This document shows, one piece after another, positions 9,693-19,526 of a DNA stretch of 64,000 bases. The notes beneath the pieces are model-generated. The model saw nothing but the letters and a program-made list of their open reading frames with translations. It searched no databases and was not told the origin of the DNA. The position numbers were made by a program, and so were the translations under genes. Within the stretch, counting starts at the first letter, position 1. The number at the start of each line of letters is the position of its first letter. Origin of the DNA: Sedimentisphaeraceae bacterium JB056 (GTDB lineage Bacteria; Planctomycetota; Phycisphaerae; Sedimentisphaerales; Sedimentisphaeraceae); the NCBI GenBank assembly GCA_044440125.1, contig JBITAJ010000021.1:192001-256000 (forward strand). The letters run 5' to 3'.

Positions 9693-9731
9693 AAATAATT
9701 AAAGAAACCACAATAAACTTCAACAAGAAAA

Positions 9732-11981
9732 ATGCAGCATATTAAATTATACGTTTCCGTAGGTGGAAACGACCAATGGTCGGGGCAACTGCCGCAAGCA
9801 ACTATTGAGAAAAATGATGGACCACTGATGACCATTGAGGCGGCTCGCGACAAAATAAGACAAATAAGGGAAGGTTCTCAAGAGCCGTTTAGTGCTACCG
9901 TATTCATACGCGAAGGACTCTATGAACTCAACCAGACGGTAGTCTTTGGCTTGGAAGACAGCGGTGAGGGAAATTGCCGAATATCTTACGAAGCCTATCC
10001 TGATGAAAAACCGGTATTAACTGGCAGCACTCAGGTAACCGGATGGAAGCCTCTCAACCACTCGGTTGAAGGATTGAGCGAAGAGGCAGCAGCTAATATC
10101 TGGATAGCTGATATACCCGAAGGTATTGAAAATTTCAAGGCATTATACGCAAGCGGCAAATCGCTTAGCCGTGCCAGAGGCAAAGGCTTCAAGCCTACCG
10201 TTTCAGGATTCTGGGAAGATGCAGAATGCTGGGAAAAAGGTTCTCGCACGCAGCTTCATTTTCCCGAAGGTGCTCTGAAAAATTGGAGAAATATAGAAGA
10301 TGTCGAAATCGTCATCCGGCCGTGGTGTCTTTGGACGATGAATATTCTGCCGCTCAAATCCGTTGATGAAGAAAACTGCATCGCGAATACAGGTATTGAA
10401 GGTTCTTACTTTCTTACTCGTGAACGATATTTCCGTTTTCCAGATGAGTGCGTTTGGGCTGAAAACATACCTGAAGGAATGACTGCCCCTTTACGCTGGA
10501 TGGTCAACACTCAAAGTAGAACAATCTATCTCTGGAGTAAAGACGGCAAAAAACCTGAAAATATCACTATACCTCGACTGCGAGAACTTATCAAAGTTGA
10601 AGGTAAGATAAGAGAAGACCAGCCCACCGATATTCCGGCGACCAATATATCATTCAAGAATTTAGCCTTCACACAAGGCGACCGCGACAGCTGGACTAAT
10701 GACCATAAAGGCGTGCAGCACGATTGGGAAATGTGGGATGAGGGTAACGCTTTGCTCAGGCTAAGAGGCGCGGAAAATTGCGAAGTAATAGACTGCGACT
10801 TCAATAACTCAGCAGGCAGCGGAATCAGACTCGACCTTCACTGCCAATACAATCGTATTGAAGGCAATCATATCGGCCACCTTGGCGCAACAGGAATTTT
10901 TCTTGGCGGTTATGGCGCTGGTACAAAAAATGTAAACAACAAAAATCAGATACGCAATAACCACATACACGACTGCGGACAAATTTACTGGCACGCATCA
11001 GGCATCGCTGTTCACCAGAGCGGTGAAAACACAATCGCTCACAACCTGCTCTACAACCTGCCATATTCTGGAATCGTAGTTGTTGGTATCCGCCCCGGTT
11101 TTTTAAGAAAAGAAGTTCGTGAGGCAATTTTGAGCGGTAACAGAAATTTTGACCGCTCATTCATACCGATAAAAGAAAATATGCGAACACAAAGCATCCG
11201 TGAAATTTGCTCTCATGTTCGCTGGAATGAGGTTACAGTAGTAGATGGGCTTTCTCTAACAGATGAAATGACCGCAACTTTACCATTCATACATACAAGA
11301 TCAAACATCATCGAATACAACGAAATACACGATATAATGCAGGTTCTCGGTGATGGCAACGGTATCTATATCAGCGACTGCGGACCATACAACGTGCTGC
11401 GGTACAATCGCATATACAATATGACACATGCTTTCGGTGTCGGTATCCGTACAGATGCATGGCAAAGAGATACGCTTGTCGAAGGCAACATAATTCACGA
11501 CTGCCGCGGCGGACTTGCCGTATCAGCAAATAATTTAGCTTTGAATAATATTGTAGCCTTCATACGTTCAACAGGACTCGAAGGACAGAAAGAAGGCGAA
11601 ACGGACAGGGAAGTATTCAGCCCAATCTATTACCACCTCGACCGTGCTGATGGATTCAACGATGGCACAATACAACGAAATATCTGTTATCATGAAGGCG
11701 AGTATCCTGTAAAGTTCAATCTTGAAATGGTTGATAAAAATTCAGATACACCAAAACAGCTTGTTGATTTCAATATATTCTTCTGGAAAGACGAAGATGA
11801 CAAATGCAAATCCACACTTGAAGACCTACACGATTACGGCTACGATAAAAACAGCATTGTCGCAGACCCCCTCTTCGCAGATGCAGAGGCGAGAGATTTC
11901 CGTCTGAGACCGGATTCCAAAGCACTCACTTTGGGTATCAGGTCTCTGCCACAAGACAAAATGGGACTCGAAGCAAAATGA
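9732..11981 (+). CDS. Right-handed parallel beta-helix protein, GH141-like glycoside hydrolase
   Basis: N-terminal YVS..GND.WSG...DGPL.TI..ARD.IR and ISYEAYPDEKPVLTG; PbH1 repeats (NRIEGNHIGH, NQIRNNHIHD, NIIEYNEIHD); C-terminal ADPLF.D....DFRL.PDS. Confidence 0.7.
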   Translation: MQHIKLYVSVGGNDQWSGQLPQATIEKNDGPLMTIEAARDKIRQIREGSQEPFSATVFIREGLYELNQTVVFGLEDSGEGNCRISYEAYPDEKPVLTGSTQVTGWKPLNHSVEGLSEEAAANIWIADIPEGIENFKALYASGKSLSRARGKGFKPTVSGFWEDAECWEKGSRTQLHFPEGALKNWRNIEDVEIVIRPWCLWTMNILPLKSVDEENCIANTGIEGSYFLTRERYFRFPDECVWAENIPEGMTAPLRWMVNTQSRTIYLWSKDGKKPENITIPRLRELIKVEGKIREDQPTDIPATNISFKNLAFTQGDRDSWTNDHKGVQHDWEMWDEGNALLRLRGAENCEVIDCDFNNSAGSGIRLDLHCQYNRIEGNHIGHLGATGIFLGGYGAGTKNVNNKNQIRNNHIHDCGQIYWHASGIAVHQSGENTIAHNLLYNLPYSGIVVVGIRPGFLRKEVREAILSGNRNFDRSFIPIKENMRTQSIREICSHVRWNEVTVVDGLSLTDEMTATLPFIHTRSNIIEYNEIHDIMQVLGDGNGIYISDCGPYNVLRYNRIYNMTHAFGVGIRTDAWQRDTLVEGNIIHDCRGGLAVSANNLALNNIVAFIRSTGLEGQKEGETDREVFSPIYYHLDRADGFNDGTIQRNICYHEGEYPVKFNLEMVDKNSDTPKQLVDFNIFFWKDEDDKCKSTLEDLHDYGYDKNSIVADPLFADAEARDFRLRPDSKALTLGIRSLPQDKMGLEAK

Positions 11982-13342
11982 GCAATAATCAAAAAACAAA
12001 TATAGTCTTCATACTTACCGATCATTTTAGACCCGATGCGGTATGCTCCAGCACGCCCAATCTTGAAAAGCTTGCTTCTAAGGGAGTTCTATTCACAAAC
12101 GCATACTGCGCCTCACCCTTATGTCAACCGGCAAGAACGAGCATTGCTACCGGTAAATTTCCATCTCAAACGGGTATTTGCGGCAATCAAAGCCCGCCTG
12201 TAAGCGACTCAATGAGAGATGACACCTACATCAACCATCTCCAAAATGGAGGCTACTGCACTGCACTTATCGGCAAGCATCATTTTATAGACCGTTACGG
12301 CATAGGGATGGATGTACGCAGCGATAAAGAGGAAGTGCAAAAATATGGATTTGATTACGTACTTCAAGTGCTTGATGATGGAGAGAACACCCACAACAAA
12401 GACAACTACACCGCCTATCTCGAAGAAAAAGGTCTATACAATGAGTTCATCAAAGTATTCCCCGACCGCGCATGGCAATGCAAGCCGCATCCTTTCGATG
12501 AAGATGATACGGTGGATGGTTTTATAGGAAATAACGCGATAAAATTCATAACCGATTACAGTGAAAACAAACCCTTCTATCTGAATGTAGGTTTTGTCGG
12601 TCCACACCCTCCATTCTGGCATCCGGGACAGCTAAAACATAAACCGGAAAACTTGGCAGACCCTATCGGTGCGACTTTTAGCGAAGAAGATAAAATAATG
12701 AAGGCCCATTTTATGGACAGATGCAGCCTTATCGACAAATACATCGGCAAGCTTGTTGATGCCTTGAAGCAAAAGGGAATATATGAAAACACACTAATCG
12801 TTTTCAGCAGCGACCATGGCGAAATGGGCGGCGATTTCGGCATCTGGGATAAAAGATTCTGCTATGAACAAAGCTGGGGTGTACCGCTTATAATATCCGG
12901 CTCACTTGTTACAGGACAGCAGCGAAAATGCGGCAACAGAGTAAGCAAATCACTCGTATCACATCTCGACCTCTACCCCACTTTTTTGCATGCCGCAGGA
13001 ATAACACCATCTCTAAGCAGTAGCAGATGGGGCAAAAATATATTCAGCATGCTTGATGATCAGCCCGGCAGCGGACACGAAGATCTGCATGCCCAGCTCG
13101 GCACAGTACATATGATGAGAAATGGAAACTGGAAAATCAGCTACGACCCCGAAGCCGGTGGTGTGCAGTATCTGTTCAACCTGCGAAACGACCCAAAGGA
13201 GCTATGCAACCTCGCCGGAGTAGCCGGTTACGAAAATATAACATCTGAGCTTTTGGCAAAAATGCTCAACCATAGAATCCGACTAACTCAATTCACTCAG
13301 GTGAAAGAAGAGCAGCGGGTGCAGGATGCCAGGACACTCTAA
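11978..13342 (+). CDS. Cys-type sulfatase (no signal peptide)
   Basis: NIVFILTD, C-x-P-x-R signature CQPAR, GKHH, PHPP, SDHG. Confidence 0.92.
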   Translation: MSNNQKTNIVFILTDHFRPDAVCSSTPNLEKLASKGVLFTNAYCASPLCQPARTSIATGKFPSQTGICGNQSPPVSDSMRDDTYINHLQNGGYCTALIGKHHFIDRYGIGMDVRSDKEEVQKYGFDYVLQVLDDGENTHNKDNYTAYLEEKGLYNEFIKVFPDRAWQCKPHPFDEDDTVDGFIGNNAIKFITDYSENKPFYLNVGFVGPHPPFWHPGQLKHKPENLADPIGATFSEEDKIMKAHFMDRCSLIDKYIGKLVDALKQKGIYENTLIVFSSDHGEMGGDFGIWDKRFCYEQSWGVPLIISGSLVTGQQRKCGNRVSKSLVSHLDLYPTFLHAAGITPSLSSSRWGKNIFSMLDDQPGSGHEDLHAQLGTVHMMRNGNWKISYDPEAGGVQYLFNLRNDPKELCNLAGVAGYENITSELLAKMLNHRIRLTQFTQVKEEQRVQDARTL

Positions 13343-13369
13343 GATTTCACCAATAAAGGGATTGAATAA

Positions 13370-14902
13370 ATGTTACGAAGAGACTTTATAAAACTTACAG
13401 CCGCGGGACTGCTTACTTCTGCTAATCTATCCTTAGCCAACGCAGAAAAAAACAGCACCTGCCACAAGCCCAACATACTGCTTATAGTCGCTGATGATTT
13501 GGGTCATGGTGATTTGAGCTGTTTTGCCCAAGATGGTATGCTCTCACCACAGGAAAAAAAGTCAGGACACAAGTTACCTTCAATAAACACCCCGAATATT
13601 GATGCTATCGCAGCCGATGGAATTAAACTGACAGACTTCTACGCCAACGGACCGGTCTGTTCACCAACACGTACAGCACTTATGACAGGACGCTATCAGC
13701 ATCGAAGCGGCGTAGTAAACGTACTCGGTCAAACCGGAAACGCATACGCGGAAGTTTACCCGGAAGACAAGAAGCCTTTCGCCGGTCTTGACGAAAAAGA
13801 ATTAACGATTGCCGAAGTTTTGCAAACCGGCGGTTACCGAACGGCATGTATCGGGAAATGGCATCTGGGTCCTTTCTACCTGAATCAAGGCTATCATCCT
13901 CTCGATTACGGATTTGATTATTTTGTAGGCCCAAGCGGAAATGCCGGAGACAACTTTTCTATGCAGCAGGATGGATTATCCTATTTTTGGCGAAATCGAA
14001 AACGAGCAAAATCACCGGGCTACTATTTCACTGATGTTCTTGCCGATGAAGCTATCTGCTTTATGAAAAAGAAAAGCAACAAACCATTTTTTGTTTATCT
14101 GCCATTCACTGCACCGCATGGACCACTTGTCGGCCCAAATGATAAGGAAGATGCAAACAAATGGGACGAGAAAGGGCATTTCCGAACAGACTTTGGACGT
14201 GCGTATAAGGAAATTGTTGAGGCTTTAGATAAGGCAGTCGGCAGAGTAATGGCATCACTGAAAGAAATGAACATTGAGGGAAACACCTTTGTAATGTTTA
14301 TCTCCGATAATGGACAGTGCGGCTTTGGCAGAGCTCCATTCAACCAGCATCAGGGCAAACAAACCGTATATGAAGGCGGAATAAGAGTACCGGCGATGAT
14401 GAAATGGAAGGGTAAAATCCCAAAAGGCAAAGTAATATCACAACCTCTGGCGACTATGGACATATTCCCCACCCTTATCTCCGTTTCCGGTTGCAAGCTT
14501 CCTGCCAACGCGAAAACGCTTGACGGCATAGATATGACTCCGATATTTTCAGGCAAACCTACAGGTGATAATAGAATGCTATTCTGGGAAGCGCCGTATC
14601 AGGTTTGGATAAAATATTTTGCCAATAGGATATGGGCAGTGCGTCAAGGCAAATGGAAGCTAATGCAATCGCACATAACAGAACCGCTCGAACTCTACGA
14701 CCTTGAAAACGACCCTGCCGAGATTAACAATATCGCGGATAAAAATCCGCAAATCGTAAAAGAGATGCACAAGGCTTTCCAGAAATGGTTCAGTGATGTT
14801 TACGCTGATTGTCCATATAATCTGGAAGATTTTATAGAACGACTCAAAGAAAACGGACTCATCACCAAAGAAAGTACAGAAGAAGTAAAAGAAGGATATT
14901 GA
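13370..14902 (+). CDS. Tat-exported Cys-type sulfatase (arylsulfatase-like)
   Basis: MLRRDFIK twin-arginine signal; PNILLIVADDLG, CSPTR, GKWHLG, SDNG, YEGGIRVP. Confidence 0.92.
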   Translation: MLRRDFIKLTAAGLLTSANLSLANAEKNSTCHKPNILLIVADDLGHGDLSCFAQDGMLSPQEKKSGHKLPSINTPNIDAIAADGIKLTDFYANGPVCSPTRTALMTGRYQHRSGVVNVLGQTGNAYAEVYPEDKKPFAGLDEKELTIAEVLQTGGYRTACIGKWHLGPFYLNQGYHPLDYGFDYFVGPSGNAGDNFSMQQDGLSYFWRNRKRAKSPGYYFTDVLADEAICFMKKKSNKPFFVYLPFTAPHGPLVGPNDKEDANKWDEKGHFRTDFGRAYKEIVEALDKAVGRVMASLKEMNIEGNTFVMFISDNGQCGFGRAPFNQHQGKQTVYEGGIRVPAMMKWKGKIPKGKVISQPLATMDIFPTLISVSGCKLPANAKTLDGIDMTPIFSGKPTGDNRMLFWEAPYQVWIKYFANRIWAVRQGKWKLMQSHITEPLELYDLENDPAEINNIADKNPQIVKEMHKAFQKWFSDVYADCPYNLEDFIERLKENGLITKESTEEVKEGY

Positions 14903-16722
14903 TGGATTGTAAAAAAAATAAAACCTCCGGCGATGGCGTGCCAAAATCAAAAGTTGCCGCCCTTCCCAATGACGACTGGAGATTAATCGAGAACGGCTCA
15001 CTCATACATGCTGCTCAAGGTTACAGCGACCAGCCATATTTCATAAGAACTGACGATGGAGCATTGCTGCTTGTATGCACTACCGGCAGATTGGAAGAAG
15101 GCGAAATCGGTCAGCATATTATAAGCTGCCGCAGCACGGATAATGGGCAGACATGGGAAAAACCTGTAGCGATAGAACCTTCTGATGGCCCTGAAGCTTC
15201 ATGGGCGGTGTTACATAAAACACCTTCGTCAAGAGTATATGCTTTCTACACCTATAACGCCGATAACGTCAGAGAAATACCGGCAGATGCAGATATTTAC
15301 CCCGAAGGAATTTGCCGGCGGGTTGACACAATCGGCTACTTTGCCTACAAATACTCCGATGACAATGGCAAAAGCTGGTCGAAAAATCGTTGGATTGCTC
15401 CGATGCGTAAATTCAAGCTCGACCGCGAAAACCCTACCGGCGGTAAAATATTCTATTTCTGGAATGTCGGCAAGCCGTTCACTCATAACGATAACGTCTA
15501 TCTCCCGATAATCAAGGTCGGCACCTTCGGCAAAGGCATGTTCGCTCATTCAGAAGGAGCATTGCTTTGCAGTAATAATCTCCAATACGAATCCGACCCC
15601 GAAAAGTTAAACTTTGAAACTCTCCCCGAAGGAGATATTGGAATCTGCGCCCCCGAAGGCGAGGAGCCGGTATCCGAAGAACACAGCTTTGCCGTACTAA
15701 GCGATGGCACAATCTTCTGTGTCTTTAGAACAGTCAGCGGATATTCCGCCTGTTGCTACAGCTCAGATGCCGGACGAAACTGGACAAAACCAGACTTCAT
15801 GAGATACCCCGACGGCAGAAAAATCAAAAACCCCCGCGCCGCTAATTTTATATGGACACTTTCGGGCAACCGCTATCTATACTGGTTTCATAACAACAAT
15901 GGCAAAACGTATAACGACAGAAACCCGGCATGGCTGCTCGCCGCATTTGAGACTGACACTCCGCAGGGAAAACGACTGGAATTTTCACAACCTGAAATAC
16001 TGCTCTATACTCATGGTGACATAAATCGCCGTATGTCCTACCCCGACCTTCTCGAACTTGACGACGGCAGTTTACTTGTTTCTGAAACGGAAAAACTTTT
16101 CGCACGATTGCATAAGATTCCACGTCAGTTTGTAGAAAAAATCTGTGAACAAAAACAAACTCTGCCGCTTCCTTCCAAAGATAGTTTAATCTTTGAGTGG
16201 TATAAATCGGACGATGCCTGCTATGAAATGCCGCTGCCGCTAATGCCGCACTTCTTCGACAGATGGGCAAAAAAAGCTGAAGAAATTAACGGAGGCCTTA
16301 CTATAACTGTCAAAATTAATGATTGCCAAAACAGCCAAACTCTTCTTGATAATCGCGATAACAGCGGCAAAGGAATCACACTGTCAATAACAGATGACAG
16401 AAAAGTTAAAATAGAACTTTGCGATGGCAGAGTTGCCAGTTTTTGGCAAAGCACCAGTAACCTATCTGGAAAAGATGACTCGATAAGTGTTGTAATTGAT
16501 GGCGGCTCCGGTGTGATAAGCATAATAATCAACTGTAAATTTGATGATGGCGGAGATTTGCGACAATTCGGCTGGGGCAGATTGCATAATCAATTGCAGG
16601 ATGTAAACGCCGCAAAACTGCGAATAGCTGATCAGGTGGACGTATGCAGAATTTATAATCGCCATCTTCTAACAGCCGAAGCAATAGCCGACCAAAATAA
16701 TCTAAATCAGAAGCAACAATAG
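14902..16722 (+). CDS. BNR/Asp-box (sialidase-fold) protein with C-terminal LamG-like domain; paralog of 5414-7273
   Basis: The ATG overlaps the upstream TGA. Asp-boxes STDNGQTW, SDDNGKSW and SSDAGRNW. Shares YSDQPY, CRRVD, FWNVGK, SEEHSF, KNPRAANF and RQFGWGR with the paralog. Confidence 0.75.
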   Translation: MDCKKNKTSGDGVPKSKVAALPNDDWRLIENGSLIHAAQGYSDQPYFIRTDDGALLLVCTTGRLEEGEIGQHIISCRSTDNGQTWEKPVAIEPSDGPEASWAVLHKTPSSRVYAFYTYNADNVREIPADADIYPEGICRRVDTIGYFAYKYSDDNGKSWSKNRWIAPMRKFKLDRENPTGGKIFYFWNVGKPFTHNDNVYLPIIKVGTFGKGMFAHSEGALLCSNNLQYESDPEKLNFETLPEGDIGICAPEGEEPVSEEHSFAVLSDGTIFCVFRTVSGYSACCYSSDAGRNWTKPDFMRYPDGRKIKNPRAANFIWTLSGNRYLYWFHNNNGKTYNDRNPAWLLAAFETDTPQGKRLEFSQPEILLYTHGDINRRMSYPDLLELDDGSLLVSETEKLFARLHKIPRQFVEKICEQKQTLPLPSKDSLIFEWYKSDDACYEMPLPLMPHFFDRWAKKAEEINGGLTITVKINDCQNSQTLLDNRDNSGKGITLSITDDRKVKIELCDGRVASFWQSTSNLSGKDDSISVVIDGGSGVISIIINCKFDDGGDLRQFGWGRLHNQLQDVNAAKLRIADQVDVCRIYNRHLLTAEAIADQNNLNQKQQ

Positions 16723-16732
16723 AGAGCTCAAT

Positions 16733-18052
16733 ATGGATACAGAAAACAAAATTCCCTCACCATGGCTATACGTCATAACACTTTATCTGCCATTTGGTAT
16801 ATTAAGTGGGTTCATGCAGCAATTCCCTCTAAATTTTTTCAAGCTCATGGGGATAAGCAACGAACTAATAGGCTTGATTAGCGGAGTAGGCATAATAATG
16901 TCGTTTCGTTTTCTGTATGCACCGTGGCTTGATGGCATCTCAACAAAACGAAAACTTTCATTAGCAGTCCTCATCGCTACCATGATAATAATGTTAGCAA
17001 TATCCATCCTGATATTTTTCAGAATTGATGTAGTTATCCTCTTCTGGATAATGGGATTTATATTGGTACTTATGGCATTTTGCAGCGCTTCCTACGAAAC
17101 CTCCGCCGATGGCTATTACATCCGAGCCCTCAATCCCAAATTGCAGGCTCAATTCATCGGTATAAAAACATTCGCCATTCGCTTCGGCACTCTCACGGCA
17201 GTAATGGGATTGCTTTATGTCGCTACCAAGATAGCAGAGAAGCATGGTGCGGTAAGTGCTGCATCAGAAGACAAAACCGGCTTTTATATCGGCTTCTCAT
17301 TCGCCTATCTTGTAGCGGGCATTCTAATGCTCTTCTTTGCTGTCTGGAATAAATTCACTGTCCCTTTAATAGAGGCGGATAAACCCGTAAAGCATAACAG
17401 CTTTGCGTTAAAAGAGGTTCTTGGCGAATACTTTAGTCAAAAAAGAGTCGCTGTATCGATAATCATTATCCTGCTTTATCGTTTTGGACAGGGATTTCTA
17501 TTAATGCGTAATCCCTTCCTTCTCGACCCTGTAGAAGAAGGAGGCATGAACACGCAGGCAAGCGTAATGCCCTTCTACACTTTCCTGACCGACATTCCAT
17601 GGACAATCATCGGTGGCATATTCGGCGGCTACATCATCAAATGGAAGGGACTGAAAAAAACTTTTATACCACTTGCTTTGTTCATGAGTCTACCCAATCT
17701 ATTCTATGCATGGTTAGCATGGCAGCGTCCCGAAGGCATTATCACTCTTCTCGGAGAGGATCTTAATATCGCTATGCTCATAGGTTCCAGCTTCGAGTCG
17801 CTGGGCTACGGGCTCAGCTTTAGCGCTATTTTCTACTACATGCACATTACCGCAACACTGGCAGGGCGCAACAAGACCTCGATCCTCGCAATATCGCTTT
17901 GTGTAATGAACCTTGGCTTCTCAATACCGATGATGGCAAGCGGCTTCGTACAAGGCGAGATAGGCTATATAAATACGTTCATACTCAGCAGTATTATAGG
18001 ACTACTGGCAATAATAGTAATACCATTCCTTCATATACCGGAGTCGGCATAA
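16733..18052 (+). CDS. MFS transporter, AmpG/acetyl-CoA-permease-like
   Basis: ~12 hydrophobic segments; PWLYVITLYLPFG, ASYETSADGYYI, LLYRFGQG and FLLDP...GG motifs typical of AmpG-like permeases. Confidence 0.75.
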   Translation: MDTENKIPSPWLYVITLYLPFGILSGFMQQFPLNFFKLMGISNELIGLISGVGIIMSFRFLYAPWLDGISTKRKLSLAVLIATMIIMLAISILIFFRIDVVILFWIMGFILVLMAFCSASYETSADGYYIRALNPKLQAQFIGIKTFAIRFGTLTAVMGLLYVATKIAEKHGAVSAASEDKTGFYIGFSFAYLVAGILMLFFAVWNKFTVPLIEADKPVKHNSFALKEVLGEYFSQKRVAVSIIIILLYRFGQGFLLMRNPFLLDPVEEGGMNTQASVMPFYTFLTDIPWTIIGGIFGGYIIKWKGLKKTFIPLALFMSLPNLFYAWLAWQRPEGIITLLGEDLNIAMLIGSSFESLGYGLSFSAIFYYMHITATLAGRNKTSILAISLCVMNLGFSIPMMASGFVQGEIGYINTFILSSIIGLLAIIVIPFLHIPESA

Positions 18053-19518
18053 TGAGCGATTCAGACAAACGTCCAAACATTTTACTTATCGTAACAGACG
18101 ATCAATGCTATGACACTATCAGTGCGATGGGTAATCCCAATATCCATACGCCTAACCTCGATTCTCTTGTAAATAACGGTTTCGCGTTTTATCGTCATTT
18201 CTGCACTACCCCGATTTGTACACCGGCACGCGCAGAAATTCTTACAGGCTGTCAGTCGTTCAATAATCGCGTACCATGGTTTGGAATGCCGATTGATTCA
18301 CAACTTGAACTGCTGCCGCAAACATTACAAAAAAACGACTACCATACTATGCACATCGGCAAATGGCACAATGATGGTCATCCCAGAGATAAAGGCTACA
18401 ATGTAACCAGACGAGTATTTGGTGAGGACAACCTCAACGACCCGCTCGAAAAAGGACACTACATGCGATTTGAAGAGGATGGTAAACACATAGAAGGGCA
18501 TAGCAGCGAACTATTCACCGATGCCGCTATTGAGGAAATAAGAAAAGCCGATAATGATAAACCGTGGTTTTGCTTCCTCGGCTACTTCGCCCCTCACGAC
18601 CCTCACCATAGCCCGGCTCCATTTGGCACGATGTATTCACAGGATAATATGCCTCTGCCGTCAAATTTCATGCCCGAGCACCCCTACGACAACGGAGCAA
18701 TGATAATCAGAGACGAATTTCTGGAAACATTGCCAAGACGGCACGATGCTATCAAAAAATATCGAAGCCGTTATTACGGCATAATATCTCACCTTGATCA
18801 CAATATCGGTCGGCTCATTGGTGAGCTCAGGAAAACAGACAAACTCGACAACACCATCATTATTTTCACAGGCGACCAGGGCTTAGCGGCTGGAAGCCAC
18901 GGCCTGCTTGGAAAAGAAAGCATGTACGACCACAGCATCGCATCACCACTGATTCTCTGCGGACCGGGCATCGCCGCTGGCGGCAAAAGCAAAGCAATGA
19001 GCCATCACACAGACATCTACCCAACCATTTGCGACTTAGCTAAAATAGCTCGTCCTCAATCAGCATCAGATGGTTTCAGTCTGATGCCAATTATACGAGA
19101 TCAGGTTGATAGCGTCAGAGATGCTGTTCTTTGCGAGTTCTGTATGCCACGTCAGCAGGAAGGTAAGCTTCATCATGTGCAAAGAGCCGTAAGAACCCGG
19201 CATTGGAAACTAATCTGGTACGCCGAATGCAATATGTTCCAGCTTTTCGACCTCGAAAGAGATTCCGAAGAGCTTGTAAACCTGCTCGCACCATGGCGAC
19301 TGAGACACTGGCGATTGCTGGAGCAAGATCCCAAATACAACTATTCAAAAACAAACCGCTGGGCTCCTATTGATTTCAAGCCGAATTACAACTATACGCA
19401 AATAATGAACACAGCTAAAGAGCTTTGGCAAAAAATGCGGCAACTCATGGACAATAACAACGACCCTCTTGAAACACCAGAAAGACCAAATTGCCCTATA
19501 GATACTTCTATAAAATGA
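18052..19518 (+). CDS. Cys-type sulfatase (no signal peptide)
   Basis: The true start is probably the ATG at 18052 (TAATG overlap). RPNILLIVTDD, CTPAR, GKWH, APHDP, GKESMYD. Confidence 0.9.
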   Translation: MSDSDKRPNILLIVTDDQCYDTISAMGNPNIHTPNLDSLVNNGFAFYRHFCTTPICTPARAEILTGCQSFNNRVPWFGMPIDSQLELLPQTLQKNDYHTMHIGKWHNDGHPRDKGYNVTRRVFGEDNLNDPLEKGHYMRFEEDGKHIEGHSSELFTDAAIEEIRKADNDKPWFCFLGYFAPHDPHHSPAPFGTMYSQDNMPLPSNFMPEHPYDNGAMIIRDEFLETLPRRHDAIKKYRSRYYGIISHLDHNIGRLIGELRKTDKLDNTIIIFTGDQGLAAGSHGLLGKESMYDHSIASPLILCGPGIAAGGKSKAMSHHTDIYPTICDLAKIARPQSASDGFSLMPIIRDQVDSVRDAVLCEFCMPRQQEGKLHHVQRAVRTRHWKLIWYAECNMFQLFDLERDSEELVNLLAPWRLRHWRLLEQDPKYNYSKTNRWAPIDFKPNYNYTQIMNTAKELWQKMRQLMDNNNDPLETPERPNCPIDTSIK

Positions 19519-19526
19519 AAAGCTAA

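Noticed and set aside
17899..18051. 51-aa N-terminal extension of the sulfatase
   Set aside because: It overlaps the MFS gene. The ATG at 18052 gives a TAATG coupling and starts right before the PNIL motif.
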